Origin: a virus
Lineage: Duplodnaviria > Caudoviricetes
DNA: 64,000 nt
Strand: one strand, 5' to 3'
Virus record (IMG/VR): IMGVR_UViG_3300020465_000014
Location: 1,450-65,449 of that record
Within the stretch, counting starts at the first letter, position 1; the number at the start of each line of letters is the position of its first letter. Shown here one piece after another: positions 1 through 9,694 of this stretch. The translations under genes were made by a program, and so were the position numbers. Under the pieces are notes generated by a model. The model saw only the letters and a program-made list of their open reading frames with translations, had not been told where the DNA came from and ran no database searches.

Positions 1-205
1 TCATCCAGGCATTATTGCTTCTAACCCTGTGGGCTGTGGGAAGATTGCCATTTGTTTGAATTGAAAATCCTCTTTCTCCGTAGCCCTTGTCTCGGTGCTG
101 AAATCGAATCGTTGAATTGCCGTTTACATCAAAACCCATTCCAACAGCTACAAGGTTTGTGCCTTGAATTGGCATCGGCTTTCGGAACTTCCTGTAATTT
201 GCCAT
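1..205 (-). CDS. Hypothetical protein, runs off the window edge (MANYRKFRKPMPIQGTNLVAVG...)
   Basis: Manual translation from ATG 205, open to position 1; AT-rich box about 25 bp upstream. Confidence 0.6.
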   Translation of the reverse strand, partial: MANYRKFRKPMPIQGTNLVAVGMGFDVNGNSTIRFQHRDKGYGERGFSIQTNGNLPTAHRVRSNNAWM

Positions 206-230
206 GAATAACGCTCTCATCGACTCTATT

Positions 231-446
231 TTATCTTACTGCCCTTTTCACACTACACAACACGCTTCTGCGTTTAGTCCTTAACGAAAAAACATCTTTT
301 CTGATGATGGCTTGCTTTGCCTTTTGACCGCATATCGAACATCGGTCTATTCCTTCTGAATCTGGAATCCAACCTTCAGGATAGTCAGTAAATACATGGA
401 TAGTTTTGAAATCATCTCGGTTGGTAAAATAGATCGTCATATTCAT
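231..446 (-). CDS. Small CxxC-containing hypothetical protein
   Basis: ORF track; ATGA overlap with upstream 443-616 ORF. Confidence 0.55.
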   Translation of the reverse strand: MNMTIYFTNRDDFKTIHVFTDYPEGWIPDSEGIDRCSICGQKAKQAIIRKDVFSLRTKRRSVLCSVKRAVR

Positions 447-616
447 CGACCCCTTACAGGGCCAACCAAAACTCTGTAATTCCCATTCTTTTTCGATACC
501 CTGACCTTTCGATTAGTCCTTCTAATGACTTGTGCATGACGGTCAGCCAACCTCTTGTCTGCAGTAGTAATACGTAGGAAATATCTCTCGCCGTTTATGG
601 TGAAGACATCTGCCAT
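443..616 (-). CDS. Stand-alone basic SPOR-like tag protein, 57 aa (absent from ORF track)
   Basis: MADVFTINGERYFLRITTADKRLADRHAQVIRRTNRKVRVSKKNGNYRVLVGPVRGR; ATTAAAGG TATA-like box upstream; stop overlaps next ATG. Confidence 0.8.
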   Translation of the reverse strand: MADVFTINGERYFLRITTADKRLADRHAQVIRRTNRKVRVSKKNGNYRVLVGPVRGR

Positions 617-665
617 GAAAAGACGATTCAGGAACTTGCCTTTAATCTCTTACCCTTCTACCCCC

Positions 666-1052
666 TCAAAATGGGATATTCGGGATTCCACGTTTGTAAA
701 TTAACTGCATCAAATGAATGGTGAATATCGCAGAACCAATGAACCCAATTATTCCCTCATCCAAAGAATAACCTCGAAGGATAATCCATCCCGCACCGAT
801 GAATGCGATAACATCAGTCAGAATGTTTGCTGTGTAAGAACGGTTATCGTCTGCATTCTTCAATTCACTAAGCATAAAATATCCGAGACCCAGGAAGATT
901 CCAGCAAATAAAAAAGTCACAAAGTTTCCTTCTTGTAATTCTAAAAGTGAATCCTCTGGAATATATTGAAAGGCGAAAATCAGTAATGCAATAGGGAGTA
1001 GCAAAAATACGGTGCTAAATTGTTGTAAAAAACTCTCTTCTTCAGCCATCAC
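666..1052 (-). CDS. Small membrane protein (~4 TM)
   Basis: Four hydrophobic segments; coupled to upstream gene. Confidence 0.75.
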   Translation of the reverse strand: MMAEEESFLQQFSTVFLLLPIALLIFAFQYIPEDSLLELQEGNFVTFLFAGIFLGLGYFMLSELKNADDNRSYTANILTDVIAFIGAGWIILRGYSLDEGIIGFIGSAIFTIHLMQLIYKRGIPNIPF

Positions 1053-3022
1053 ATACCGCCTCCATCTTCTCGAACTGCGTTGAATAGATCCATGCCAGCG
1101 CCAGTATTGTCTGTAATCATCATTTCATCTCCCCATCGTTGAGAAGAAGCGCCTAAAGCATCAATCAAAGCCAACCTGTCGTCATTGTCCATCGTGCCTA
1201 AAGCCTGAATAGTTCCGTCTTGGGCGCTCATCTGCAAAGCAATGAATGTATTACCTAACGAGGAACGGTCAGGAGGGGATGCAATGATTCGACCATTTCT
1301 CAAATCAATTAACCCCATCCTGGTATCTGATTGGATTCTGATAATGTGATTTTCTAAGCCGTCATTCTGGTTCTTTGGATATACAATAAAATCCTGTGGC
1401 TTACGCATTGAACCTGCTTTCAAATCAAATGAGATTGTCCCCATTATGTTTCGCCTAAATGAACCAAACTCAGGCATCTTCTTGCGGTCATATCGGTTGT
1501 CCACTACAAGCACGTATTCTTCATCAGGCAAACCGCCTTCTTCAACTGCTTGTAATGCTTCAACCGCACTCATGCCTTTTTTTCCAACCTTTACTGTATC
1601 AAGGTAATCGCCAGTTTGTTTAGAATAGACCTCAATTAACCAATTACGGCGCTTTCCACCCACTTTACCAGGCATTTTTTTGTCTCTCCTTCTCCTTCTC
1701 TCTTCGATTGCACGTATTCTATCAATATCAGTCATAATATTTTCAAAATTAGGTTCAAAACCTTCATCATACACTTCCTTGTAATACGTCACATCAGAAC
1801 CAATGGTTATTCCTGGCATCTCTTTGTTTGTATCATCGTCCCTGCCGTCTTTGTTAAGATCTATTGGTTGAATAGTTGAAGATGATGGGCTGATTGCATA
1901 GAAGTATGTTTTTCTGAACTTAGCTCTATCATCTAATTCCGCATAGATTTTTTCTGCATCCTCGACTGAACTACGTTCAATGTCTTTCAGAAGTATTGCG
2001 GTTTCCTCATCGAACTTGAGTATATCATTGAACTTAGCAATTTGTTTTGGAGTCATTAAATCCAGCACGTCAGAAAGGTCGAAATCATCAGAGTTTATGT
2101 TGATGTCTTCATCAACAATCTTCCTCATCTGCTTATCAGTCAGAAGTCGGAATGCGATATTCATTGGTGCATATTCTCTCTCTTCAAAACCTACTGGCAT
2201 TGCCATACTACCGCCCATCAAAGTTCCAATGTTTGCTTTGTCTGGAAATCGACCAGGTTCTTCGAGTTCATCTCTGACTCGGCTGGCTGGCGTAGTTTCC
2301 CAAATTACATTCCCATCTCCTTCAAGATCGTATTCCTGGATAAAAATTCCAAAGTCAGGGTCATTTAGTTTCGACAAAGCCTCGCCCATATCCAGGACTT
2401 CGCCTTTGTTTCCACTTGGAATTACCAATTCAGGGTCTTGCCAACCGTTATCATCATCTAAATGCAATTGCAGTTCGTATTCTGGATTTTCCAGTAAAAC
2501 CTTAGCCAGTTGTCTTTCAGCACTTGCCGCCGTATTAGCATATCCGAATGCCCTGGAATTGTTTAGGGTGTCGTATAGCGACCACAATTCACTATTTGTA
2601 GCACCATTCCTCCTCAAACGCAAGAACTCTTTTCCCCATACGCCTAATTTCTGATTTTTTGGTATTTTGTCTGTATCGATTCTTAGGACTTCTTTGCCAT
2701 CGTATGTCTTACGCATAATTTTTGCATTGTATCTTCGCTTGCTCTTGGTTGTCGATTGGAATATACCGTATCTTCCTCCACGTAAAGGAATCACTCTTGC
2801 ATTATATCCGTTTGAACGGACAATCCTTGCCATAGAATCTGCAGTTGTTTTGTTGCCGACTCCAGCGATCTGAAATCTTTGGCCGTCAAATCTTCGAGAC
2901 CCTCCATTTCTGAATCTGTAATTGTATCTGTTGTTGTAGCTCTTTCTGCGCTTGGCCTGGCAGTTGGCACAATTGCATGGTCGACCATCTTTCATCATGT
3001 TTTTACAGCCACAAGAACCCAT
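1049..3022 (-). CDS. Tagged protein: Cys-rich N-terminus, basic tag, acidic multi-domain body
   Basis: CGC...CNCANC then RRFDGQRF...ADSMARIVRSNGYNARVIPLRGGRYGIF. Confidence 0.85.
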   Translation of the reverse strand: MGSCGCKNMMKDGRPCNCANCQAKRRKSYNNRYNYRFRNGGSRRFDGQRFQIAGVGNKTTADSMARIVRSNGYNARVIPLRGGRYGIFQSTTKSKRRYNAKIMRKTYDGKEVLRIDTDKIPKNQKLGVWGKEFLRLRRNGATNSELWSLYDTLNNSRAFGYANTAASAERQLAKVLLENPEYELQLHLDDDNGWQDPELVIPSGNKGEVLDMGEALSKLNDPDFGIFIQEYDLEGDGNVIWETTPASRVRDELEEPGRFPDKANIGTLMGGSMAMPVGFEEREYAPMNIAFRLLTDKQMRKIVDEDININSDDFDLSDVLDLMTPKQIAKFNDILKFDEETAILLKDIERSSVEDAEKIYAELDDRAKFRKTYFYAISPSSSTIQPIDLNKDGRDDDTNKEMPGITIGSDVTYYKEVYDEGFEPNFENIMTDIDRIRAIEERRRRRDKKMPGKVGGKRRNWLIEVYSKQTGDYLDTVKVGKKGMSAVEALQAVEEGGLPDEEYVLVVDNRYDRKKMPEFGSFRRNIMGTISFDLKAGSMRKPQDFIVYPKNQNDGLENHIIRIQSDTRMGLIDLRNGRIIASPPDRSSLGNTFIALQMSAQDGTIQALGTMDNDDRLALIDALGASSQRWGDEMMITDNTGAGMDLFNAVREDGGGM

Positions 3023-3023
3023 T

Positions 3024-4535
3024 TTATCGCCCCCGCCTCATCATCTTTTGTCCGAGTTGCGTTTGAAATTGCTTTTTTGTAATGTTGACCTTTTTTGGCT
3101 TTTCATACACAACATATCTGCCGTTAGAAAATGGGCCAACAACTCTTGCCTGGTGGACTCCTCCTCCCGCCTTCTTTGTTCGAATATTATTGGCTACTGA
3201 TTGAGCCTTTGATTTACTCATCCAGGCTTCGCTTTTTCCACCAGCGACTCTGCCCGAATTGGATGAGCCAGGATATTGATTCCAGATTCTCCAAAGGTTA
3301 TTGTCGATGAAGCGAATGTCTGATGCGCCCCTGTGCATTCCGACTCTCTTATTGAAACGCTTTGCCATACCTTGATGTGGTTTTATTTCACCTTTGAGCC
3401 TTTTCCGTAGTTCAAACAAAGATGCACTCTTTTTCCTATCATCTTCTCGCCTGAACCTTCTGTCCATTGGATCGTTTTCTCCACTTCCTCGATAACCTCC
3501 TTCGTCTTCTTCGAGATACGTTGGCATTACTTCGCCCGTCTTTTTGTTTGTGCCATAATGCGACTTTAACCAACCTGGCGCATCCCACATGAAGACATCA
3601 CTTATCGGCGTATCAACAGTATCGCACCAAACGCAATACCCCTCGCAATCGAGAGGCGGTGCTGATTGCTGGATTTGTGGGTCACAAAACCTTCCGCCAA
3701 TATATCGACTTCCGCCCCTGCTTATTGCATACGCACCCTCGCCGTCATATTCGAAGGTATCTTTGTAATCTTCGAGAACGTCAAAAACTGGCCTTTCACT
3801 ATCCCTTGTCCTGGCTGTATTTCTGCCAATTTCTCTTTTTCTAAGACCTCCTGAACGTGACTTTTGCCTTGCCTTCTTGAATAGTTCAATCTCCATCCAA
3901 ATATCCTTTGAAATAACGTCTGTGTCCTCCTCGCTTACAAACCAGGTGTCGCCATCTTTCCAGCGCACCATCATATCTATGCCACCCATGTTCAAAACTC
4001 TCGGAAGATCTGTTGTAATCAAAAACGGCGGGTCAGGAAGATTATTCCATTCCTTCATCATCATTCTGTAATCGCCATAGCGTTCAGCAAAATATTCTGT
4101 CCTGTTTGGGTTCTTGCGTTGAACATTAAGTTTCCATCGGTCTGTAAGAAGACCGAGTTCTTCTGCTACTTCGAGCATTTTGTCGTCCCAGGATTGAACC
4201 TGTTGCTTTAGTTCGTATCGCAAGTGATGTGGAGTTGAGATCGGAGAAAAATACTCGTTGAAATCAGATTTTAGGTATCTGTCCACGCTTAACCCATTTT
4301 GCTCAAGTTCCGATTTGAAAGAGCTATCATTTTCTAAAGCGGAATAGATTTGAGCCAATCCTTCAGGTGTGAATATTAGTTCAGCATTCTCTCGAATGTG
4401 CCTTTGCCCCTTCCCTGTTTCTAATCCATAAGGAGGAAATACCGAATGATAGTTGCCTTCATAGTTGTAAATTGCTTCTTCAACCATGCTGTTAGCCATT
4501 CTGACTTCGGAATCATTGATGTCTGGAAACTCCAT
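3024..4535 (-). CDS. Tagged protein (C-terminal tag), acidic body with Cys cluster
   Basis: IRFIDNNLW...SKSKAQSVANNIRTKKAGGGVHQARVVGPFSNGRYVVY; ATG 4535 follows GGTG SD. Confidence 0.85.
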   Translation of the reverse strand: MEFPDINDSEVRMANSMVEEAIYNYEGNYHSVFPPYGLETGKGQRHIRENAELIFTPEGLAQIYSALENDSSFKSELEQNGLSVDRYLKSDFNEYFSPISTPHHLRYELKQQVQSWDDKMLEVAEELGLLTDRWKLNVQRKNPNRTEYFAERYGDYRMMMKEWNNLPDPPFLITTDLPRVLNMGGIDMMVRWKDGDTWFVSEEDTDVISKDIWMEIELFKKARQKSRSGGLRKREIGRNTARTRDSERPVFDVLEDYKDTFEYDGEGAYAISRGGSRYIGGRFCDPQIQQSAPPLDCEGYCVWCDTVDTPISDVFMWDAPGWLKSHYGTNKKTGEVMPTYLEEDEGGYRGSGENDPMDRRFRREDDRKKSASLFELRKRLKGEIKPHQGMAKRFNKRVGMHRGASDIRFIDNNLWRIWNQYPGSSNSGRVAGGKSEAWMSKSKAQSVANNIRTKKAGGGVHQARVVGPFSNGRYVVYEKPKKVNITKKQFQTQLGQKMMRRGR

Positions 4536-4544
4536 AGAATGCAC

Positions 4545-6740
4545 CTACTGGCGCTTTCTGTTTGGGCCAACATAAACTCCGAATTTGCCACTTCCGAGTC
4601 GCTTTACTCTCGCCGTTTTACCAGAACGTCTTGCTAAACGAGCAAGTGCATCAGCACTTCTTCGGTTGAATCTGTATCTGTCCTTCGAGCCAATAATTGA
4701 AAATCTCCGCCCGTTAATGTTCCTGGCATAGTCAGAAATATTCCTGGCAAAAGTTGTAGTCGCCATCTTCTTTTTCAAACCACCAATTGTCGATGCTTTA
4801 GGAGTTGCTAATGGAGATGCGACAACGGATGCTCGACCAACCCATGAAGGACGGCCACCAGGGAAAACAGGAGTTCTTCCTAATCCGTATTTTGGAGGAA
4901 TAGCGCCAACCCCGATTAGATCTTCTCTATTCCATCTTTCATCTCTTGTAATATCTGGAAATAGACCTCTTTCAATGGCGAAATCTTCTCTCCAGGTGAC
5001 GATTAGTTCATGTGGCGCTGGCCCTCCTTCTCTGCCATCAATTCTTGAAACATATTTGAAATTCTCAATGGCTTCGCTTGGAATCAAACCTCCAGCGCCC
5101 GATCTAATCCACTTTTCGACCCATTCCTTATCATTCTGGTATCGAATATCATCAACTAATTCATCGGGTATTTCAGTCCCTAATTTGGCCTGTGCTGTTT
5201 CCAAAAATAACTTCTGTTGCTGTTCCTTTTTCATTTTGGCTTCTTGTCTCGCCTTCTCTGCTCTTTCAGCACGTTCCTTTGCTTCAGCATCTCTTTTTGC
5301 TTGAAGTTCAGCCATCTTCTTGATACGCTCTTTTTCAACTTCAGGGTCAACCTTCTTTGTTGCCGCAACAGCACCAGTCAAAACCCTTAGTTTGCGTTCT
5401 TCTTCTTCAAGCTCTCTTTTCAAAGCCTCAATTTCATCATTTGTTTCAGGGTCAGTTACCGAAGTTAACTCAACAATTCCAGATTGTCTCTGCTTTGCTG
5501 TTATGTCCAGGGTAGGTATGATTTGATTCGGCTTCATTGGATAGAGTTCGACTATTTTCCCGTCTAATCCAACGGCTCTAAACCCATTTACCATATTTCC
5601 TGTGCCATCATCAATCTTGGTTTTCTCCTGGCGAGCATAATCGCCTTTCGAGTTTTTCATTTTGAACTCTTCATCGGTATAGATCCTGTCGTTTTTTGCA
5701 TCATACCAATATTTCTGAATGACCTTCTTTGGCCTTACGAATCCAGCACCGTAATAATCCGAATCTCTCTTTTTGCTTCGAGGGTCGGCAACGAAATTAG
5801 CGGCATTGTATTCAATACCAAAAGGCAACCAACCAGTCCGCCCAGGATTCAAAGTCAAATCTGATTTTTGGTAAGCCCTGAATAGTGGGCCATTACGTGC
5901 AAAATCTCTTCGAAGCAAATCCTTCTGCACTTCTTTATCCTCTGCAGACATAGAACCAAATTGTGATTCATATTGATACCAAACCGTATCGGCAAGTTCC
6001 ATTGAAGCATTGAATATACGTCCGACTAAACTCTTTTCCTTTTTCCTGACTCCATCGACTGCGAGAGCTGTTCCAGCAACAATGCCGCCAACAACTCCGC
6101 CTTCAAGAAGGCCAAACTCTCCATCTTCGTTTAGATCCCACCACTCATAACTCTCTTCAGTCGAAGAATCAGTAGTAGTAGTCGGCTCTCTTATTTCTCC
6201 GCCGTATCGGTCTGGATTGGTTAGTGAAGGCGGCGCTTCGGGTTGAAAAGAAGGGGGCAAAGGAGTATTTGGTGGATTAGGGACAATAGGTGGGCCAGTA
6301 ACAGTCCCGCCTCCGCCTGGCTGTGGGCCAGCAGGGGGATTTGGCGTGATAGGGTCAGGCGTGATTGGAGGAACAGTATCTCCGCCTCCTCCGCCTGGTG
6401 GAAGCGGTTTCAAACCATCAGTTCCTCCGCCACCAATTACACCGCCACCAAAGCCGCCTCCAGGGTTAAGTGTTGAAATTGTATTACCAATTGTTGAACC
6501 TCCTCCAGAAGCAAAGGGATCGAAAATGAGGGGTGCTGTATCAACACCGATAATCTCGTTTCCTATTGATTGGTATTCTCTAATGTTGGATTTTTTACGT
6601 TCTTTGATTTCATGGTTATCTGGTTGTCTCAAACCGTTGAGATATTTCCTGGCATCTCTCTTCGAAGTAAAGCGTTTCATAATCTTGCCAGTTGATTTAT
6701 TCCTGACTTCAAATCGAAACCTTGTCTGCCCCTTAGCCAT
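4545..6740 (-). CDS. Tagged protein with Pro/Gly-rich linker, DxNxDG loop, hydrophobic segment, coiled coil and C-terminal tag
   Basis: PG-rich tract; DLNEDGE; RNINGRRF...ADALARLARRSGKTARVKRLGSGKFGVYVGP. Confidence 0.85.
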   Translation of the reverse strand: MAKGQTRFRFEVRNKSTGKIMKRFTSKRDARKYLNGLRQPDNHEIKERKKSNIREYQSIGNEIIGVDTAPLIFDPFASGGGSTIGNTISTLNPGGGFGGGVIGGGGTDGLKPLPPGGGGGDTVPPITPDPITPNPPAGPQPGGGGTVTGPPIVPNPPNTPLPPSFQPEAPPSLTNPDRYGGEIREPTTTTDSSTEESYEWWDLNEDGEFGLLEGGVVGGIVAGTALAVDGVRKKEKSLVGRIFNASMELADTVWYQYESQFGSMSAEDKEVQKDLLRRDFARNGPLFRAYQKSDLTLNPGRTGWLPFGIEYNAANFVADPRSKKRDSDYYGAGFVRPKKVIQKYWYDAKNDRIYTDEEFKMKNSKGDYARQEKTKIDDGTGNMVNGFRAVGLDGKIVELYPMKPNQIIPTLDITAKQRQSGIVELTSVTDPETNDEIEALKRELEEEERKLRVLTGAVAATKKVDPEVEKERIKKMAELQAKRDAEAKERAERAEKARQEAKMKKEQQQKLFLETAQAKLGTEIPDELVDDIRYQNDKEWVEKWIRSGAGGLIPSEAIENFKYVSRIDGREGGPAPHELIVTWREDFAIERGLFPDITRDERWNREDLIGVGAIPPKYGLGRTPVFPGGRPSWVGRASVVASPLATPKASTIGGLKKKMATTTFARNISDYARNINGRRFSIIGSKDRYRFNRRSADALARLARRSGKTARVKRLGSGKFGVYVGPNRKRQ

Positions 6741-6744
6741 TCAT

Positions 6745-7386
6745 TCACCACCCCGTAGTAGGGTCGCCATCGAAGTCGGCACTTGAAATTCCATATCCAG
6801 CCGCCCCTCCAGCCAAAGCACCTGCGGCACAACCAGCACCAACTGCCGTCCAACCCACAACGGGAATCCACGAAACCAATGCAAACGTAGCCGCACCGCC
6901 AGCACAACCTACCGCCGCACCCGCTAATGCACCTTCACCATCAGTCAAATATCCGTCTGCAGGTGGGCCATAATTGCCGTAGCCGTATGGTTGCACCTCC
7001 TCATAAAGAACGTAATTTTCTGGAACTTGTAGGCTACCGTAATATCTAATTTCATCAGGGTCTTGCACCAATCCGAATACATTTGTTTGTAATGCAATGA
7101 CTCCTAAAATTAGTGCGACAACGGTTAGAGGAAATCCATATCCGCCCTCGAATACATCATCATCTCCGACATCATCAGAACCCCAATAGATCGCCAATGC
7201 TACCGCACCTACGATTAGCACTACAAGTAAAACCGATGTCCATTCTAATATCCCCCAATCGGGAATCGAGAACGATATATCAAACTGAGAGAAAATCAAA
7301 ACTCCAAAAATTATAGCTAATGCTGAAAGACCAATGATGCCTACAGTAATTGCTTCACCATCTGTAAACTCGTTATCATCTACCAC
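6745..7386 (-). CDS. Membrane protein with three TM segments and C-terminal glycine-zipper hairpin
   Basis: GALAGAAVGCAGGAA...WIPVVGW...GALAGGAAGYG. Confidence 0.8.
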   Translation of the reverse strand: MVDDNEFTDGEAITVGIIGLSALAIIFGVLIFSQFDISFSIPDWGILEWTSVLLVVLIVGAVALAIYWGSDDVGDDDVFEGGYGFPLTVVALILGVIALQTNVFGLVQDPDEIRYYGSLQVPENYVLYEEVQPYGYGNYGPPADGYLTDGEGALAGAAVGCAGGAATFALVSWIPVVGWTAVGAGCAAGALAGGAAGYGISSADFDGDPTTGW

Positions 7387-7691
7387 TTTTCACCATCTCC
7401 TATTATGCCTAATTCGACTCCCCAAAAATAGAAAATTGCACCACCTTGAGCAATAATTAGCCAAAACCATACCCATTCATCATTTTCACCTGCACGTTGC
7501 ACACTAACAGCAACGACAATCAGTTGTGCTACAATCAACGGGATAAGGAAGCCGACTACAATTAGAAAACTAAGTGCGCCTTCAATATCTCCGACTTCTT
7601 CACCGTCAAACTGCAACACAAAAATTACTATCGATACGAGGGAGATGGCATACAATACCAGAACTGAACGTGCCGTATTAGAAAGAGCCAT
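7380..7691 (-). CDS. Small 3-TM membrane protein
   Basis: Hydrophobic segments; first gene after a boxed promoter. Confidence 0.75.
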   Translation of the reverse strand: MALSNTARSVLVLYAISLVSIVIFVLQFDGEEVGDIEGALSFLIVVGFLIPLIVAQLIVVAVSVQRAGENDEWVWFWLIIAQGGAIFYFWGVELGIIGDGEKW

Positions 7692-7743
7692 GTTGGTTAA
7701 GACATCTCCTTCTGCTTTTCATGGTTGCCATTGAATTGACGTT

Positions 7744-7755
7744 AGTTGCACCCTT
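7744..7755 (-). promoter_or_regulatory. Upstream box, 10/12 match (AGTTGCACCCTT on + strand), 53 bp before ATG 7691
   Basis: Same distance to the start codon as the exact copies. Confidence 0.6.
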
Positions 7756-7763
7756 TTACAGCC

Positions 7764-9602
7764 CTATTTTTTACGCCCACCAACATAAACGCCATGACCC
7801 CTTTTGACTGGAATGACTCTTGCATTGAATCCTTTACTCCTTACGATCTGTGCAAATCTCTTTGCTTGATTTTTATTTTGAGACAATCCTCTAAGCAAAA
7901 AATCCTGGTGCGAGATTCTCCTACGATATACCCTTCTCCCGCTTTCCCTGGTTTGAATCATAGGATTCGAAAGCATCCTCTCTTTCCATAGGTTGCGCCT
8001 GATTGGGTCATTACGGCTTCGCTTAACTCCGATATTGGATCTCCTTGCTTTCATTTTTTTGTCCTTTACCACTTCATCAGAAACCGAGTCCAATACGCTA
8101 TTGATAATATTCTCCTCGTAATAGCCTGTTGCGAAACCTAATTTTCGAAGACGGTCTAAATCTTGGTCTTCAACTGCAGATTCGACCTCCTCCATTGCCG
8201 AGTTTACATCTTCTGTAATCTCCCCAAAGTCAAAGTCAAGAATTTGCTCTCCAAAGTCAGATAGTGCGCCTTCCATTTCAGCGACTATGATATTGTTTAG
8301 CATTGTGGGGTTATTCACCACCCATTGTAGTAAATCAGGTTCAGAATAAATCTGTTTCATTAGGGCATCAGCACCCTCCCAATCTGAAAAAGTCCTTTCC
8401 AACCAGCCCAAAGCACCAGGTTGCGTTGATTCAAGAATTGCATCGACTCTTTGCTGTTCAAAACCGCTTCTTTCTGCGGTTTGCATCGGTATCGGGTCAA
8501 GTATTCTGAAAGCACGTCCTGACGACAACAAATCTTTTTGATTCTGACCCCCTTTATGCCAATTAGAAAATATGTCCATGTTAGCTACAATTAGTTGTTC
8601 ATTTGTCGTCATTAGGTTTCTTGAAAAATTAGCGATCTTATCCGCCAATCCAGAATCAAAAGCATCAGGGTCAGGTGTTCCAAACTCGTTATTGATTTCG
8701 ACTTTGTGTTGCTCTATACCGTCTGATGTGTTGACGAATAATGAACCCGCTTCTCTGTTTGAGCCTACCTCCTGGAACAGTATCATAACCCCTTTTGCAC
8801 TTCTTGCTGAACCTAATCGACTCGACCCTTCCATCTCAACATTCCAATCATCACCCTTTATTGCGAAAACGTCCCAATCTGAATTATCGAGATTTACTGT
8901 ATCTCTCCAAAGCACAATCTGTCCACTCTTGAGATTTACATTTCGATCTTGATTGAACCTGCGTAAAAATTCCATATCATCCATAGTCGCAATCATTTCT
9001 CCTTCGTCTGTTGATTCCAGAGTTACTCCTCGAAATGGGTCGTTGCTACTGAAATCACTCCAACGGGAATCGTATTCTCTTCGAGAAGTCACATCATCTT
9101 GTAGCTCTCTCTCCAATCGTTCCTTTTCCTCATTCGCCTCCCGAAGCAATCTGCGTTTTTCAGCAATCACTTCATCAAGTGCCGTTCTTACTGCTTGCGT
9201 GGTTCTTCTTCTTTGCATTTCTGACCTGCCATTATTCCAATGCGGGTCAGCAGTTCTCCATACGGGAATAGGTGCGGCGTTCCTCCTTACGCTCGGAACG
9301 GTTCGATTCGTTTTTGCTATTGTCCCACGTCTTGCCGCCCTGGATAAGATCGGGCCGAGAACTCTTCTATTTTCAACAGGTTCAAGCAAACCGTTCTCAA
9401 TGTTGTTATCCAGGACGTTCCATACATCGTCTGCAGTAAACTCTCTTCGAGTAGCGGCCAAAATGTCGATGAGATAATCAACTCGGCCTCCTTCTTGCCA
9501 TTCCACGTCTAAATCCTGGCGTTGCTCTGCACGTTCCTCTCCCAAACGGCCTCTTTCTCTTGCTTGGCGTTCTTCATCATCGTTTGGTGGGCGATTTATC
9601 AT
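7764..9602 (-). CDS. Tagged protein: N-terminal winged-helix-like domain, acidic body, C-terminal tag
   Basis: FTADDVW...RVLGPILSRAARRG...PVW; NKNQAKRFAQIVRSKGFNARVIPVKRGHGVYVGG. Confidence 0.85.
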   Translation of the reverse strand: MINRPPNDDEERQARERGRLGEERAEQRQDLDVEWQEGGRVDYLIDILAATRREFTADDVWNVLDNNIENGLLEPVENRRVLGPILSRAARRGTIAKTNRTVPSVRRNAAPIPVWRTADPHWNNGRSEMQRRRTTQAVRTALDEVIAEKRRLLREANEEKERLERELQDDVTSRREYDSRWSDFSSNDPFRGVTLESTDEGEMIATMDDMEFLRRFNQDRNVNLKSGQIVLWRDTVNLDNSDWDVFAIKGDDWNVEMEGSSRLGSARSAKGVMILFQEVGSNREAGSLFVNTSDGIEQHKVEINNEFGTPDPDAFDSGLADKIANFSRNLMTTNEQLIVANMDIFSNWHKGGQNQKDLLSSGRAFRILDPIPMQTAERSGFEQQRVDAILESTQPGALGWLERTFSDWEGADALMKQIYSEPDLLQWVVNNPTMLNNIIVAEMEGALSDFGEQILDFDFGEITEDVNSAMEEVESAVEDQDLDRLRKLGFATGYYEENIINSVLDSVSDEVVKDKKMKARRSNIGVKRSRNDPIRRNLWKERMLSNPMIQTRESGRRVYRRRISHQDFLLRGLSQNKNQAKRFAQIVRSKGFNARVIPVKRGHGVYVGGRKK

Positions 9603-9694
9603 TTCATTCACCCTCCTCGAAAATGCTACTTGCAGATTTTGGCAAATATACCCCTTCTACCCCTACCTTTGCGTGGACGGTTTTTTTCGAAATA

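Noticed and set aside
256-267. Possible extra promoter box (CACAACACGCTT) 51 bp upstream of ATG 205
   Set aside because: Weak match lying inside a coding region
653-9663. 12-mer CCCTTCTACCCC shared by intergenic 653-664 and 9652-9663
   Set aside because: Only two low-complexity copies with inconsistent spacing to TATA-like elements; insufficient evidence
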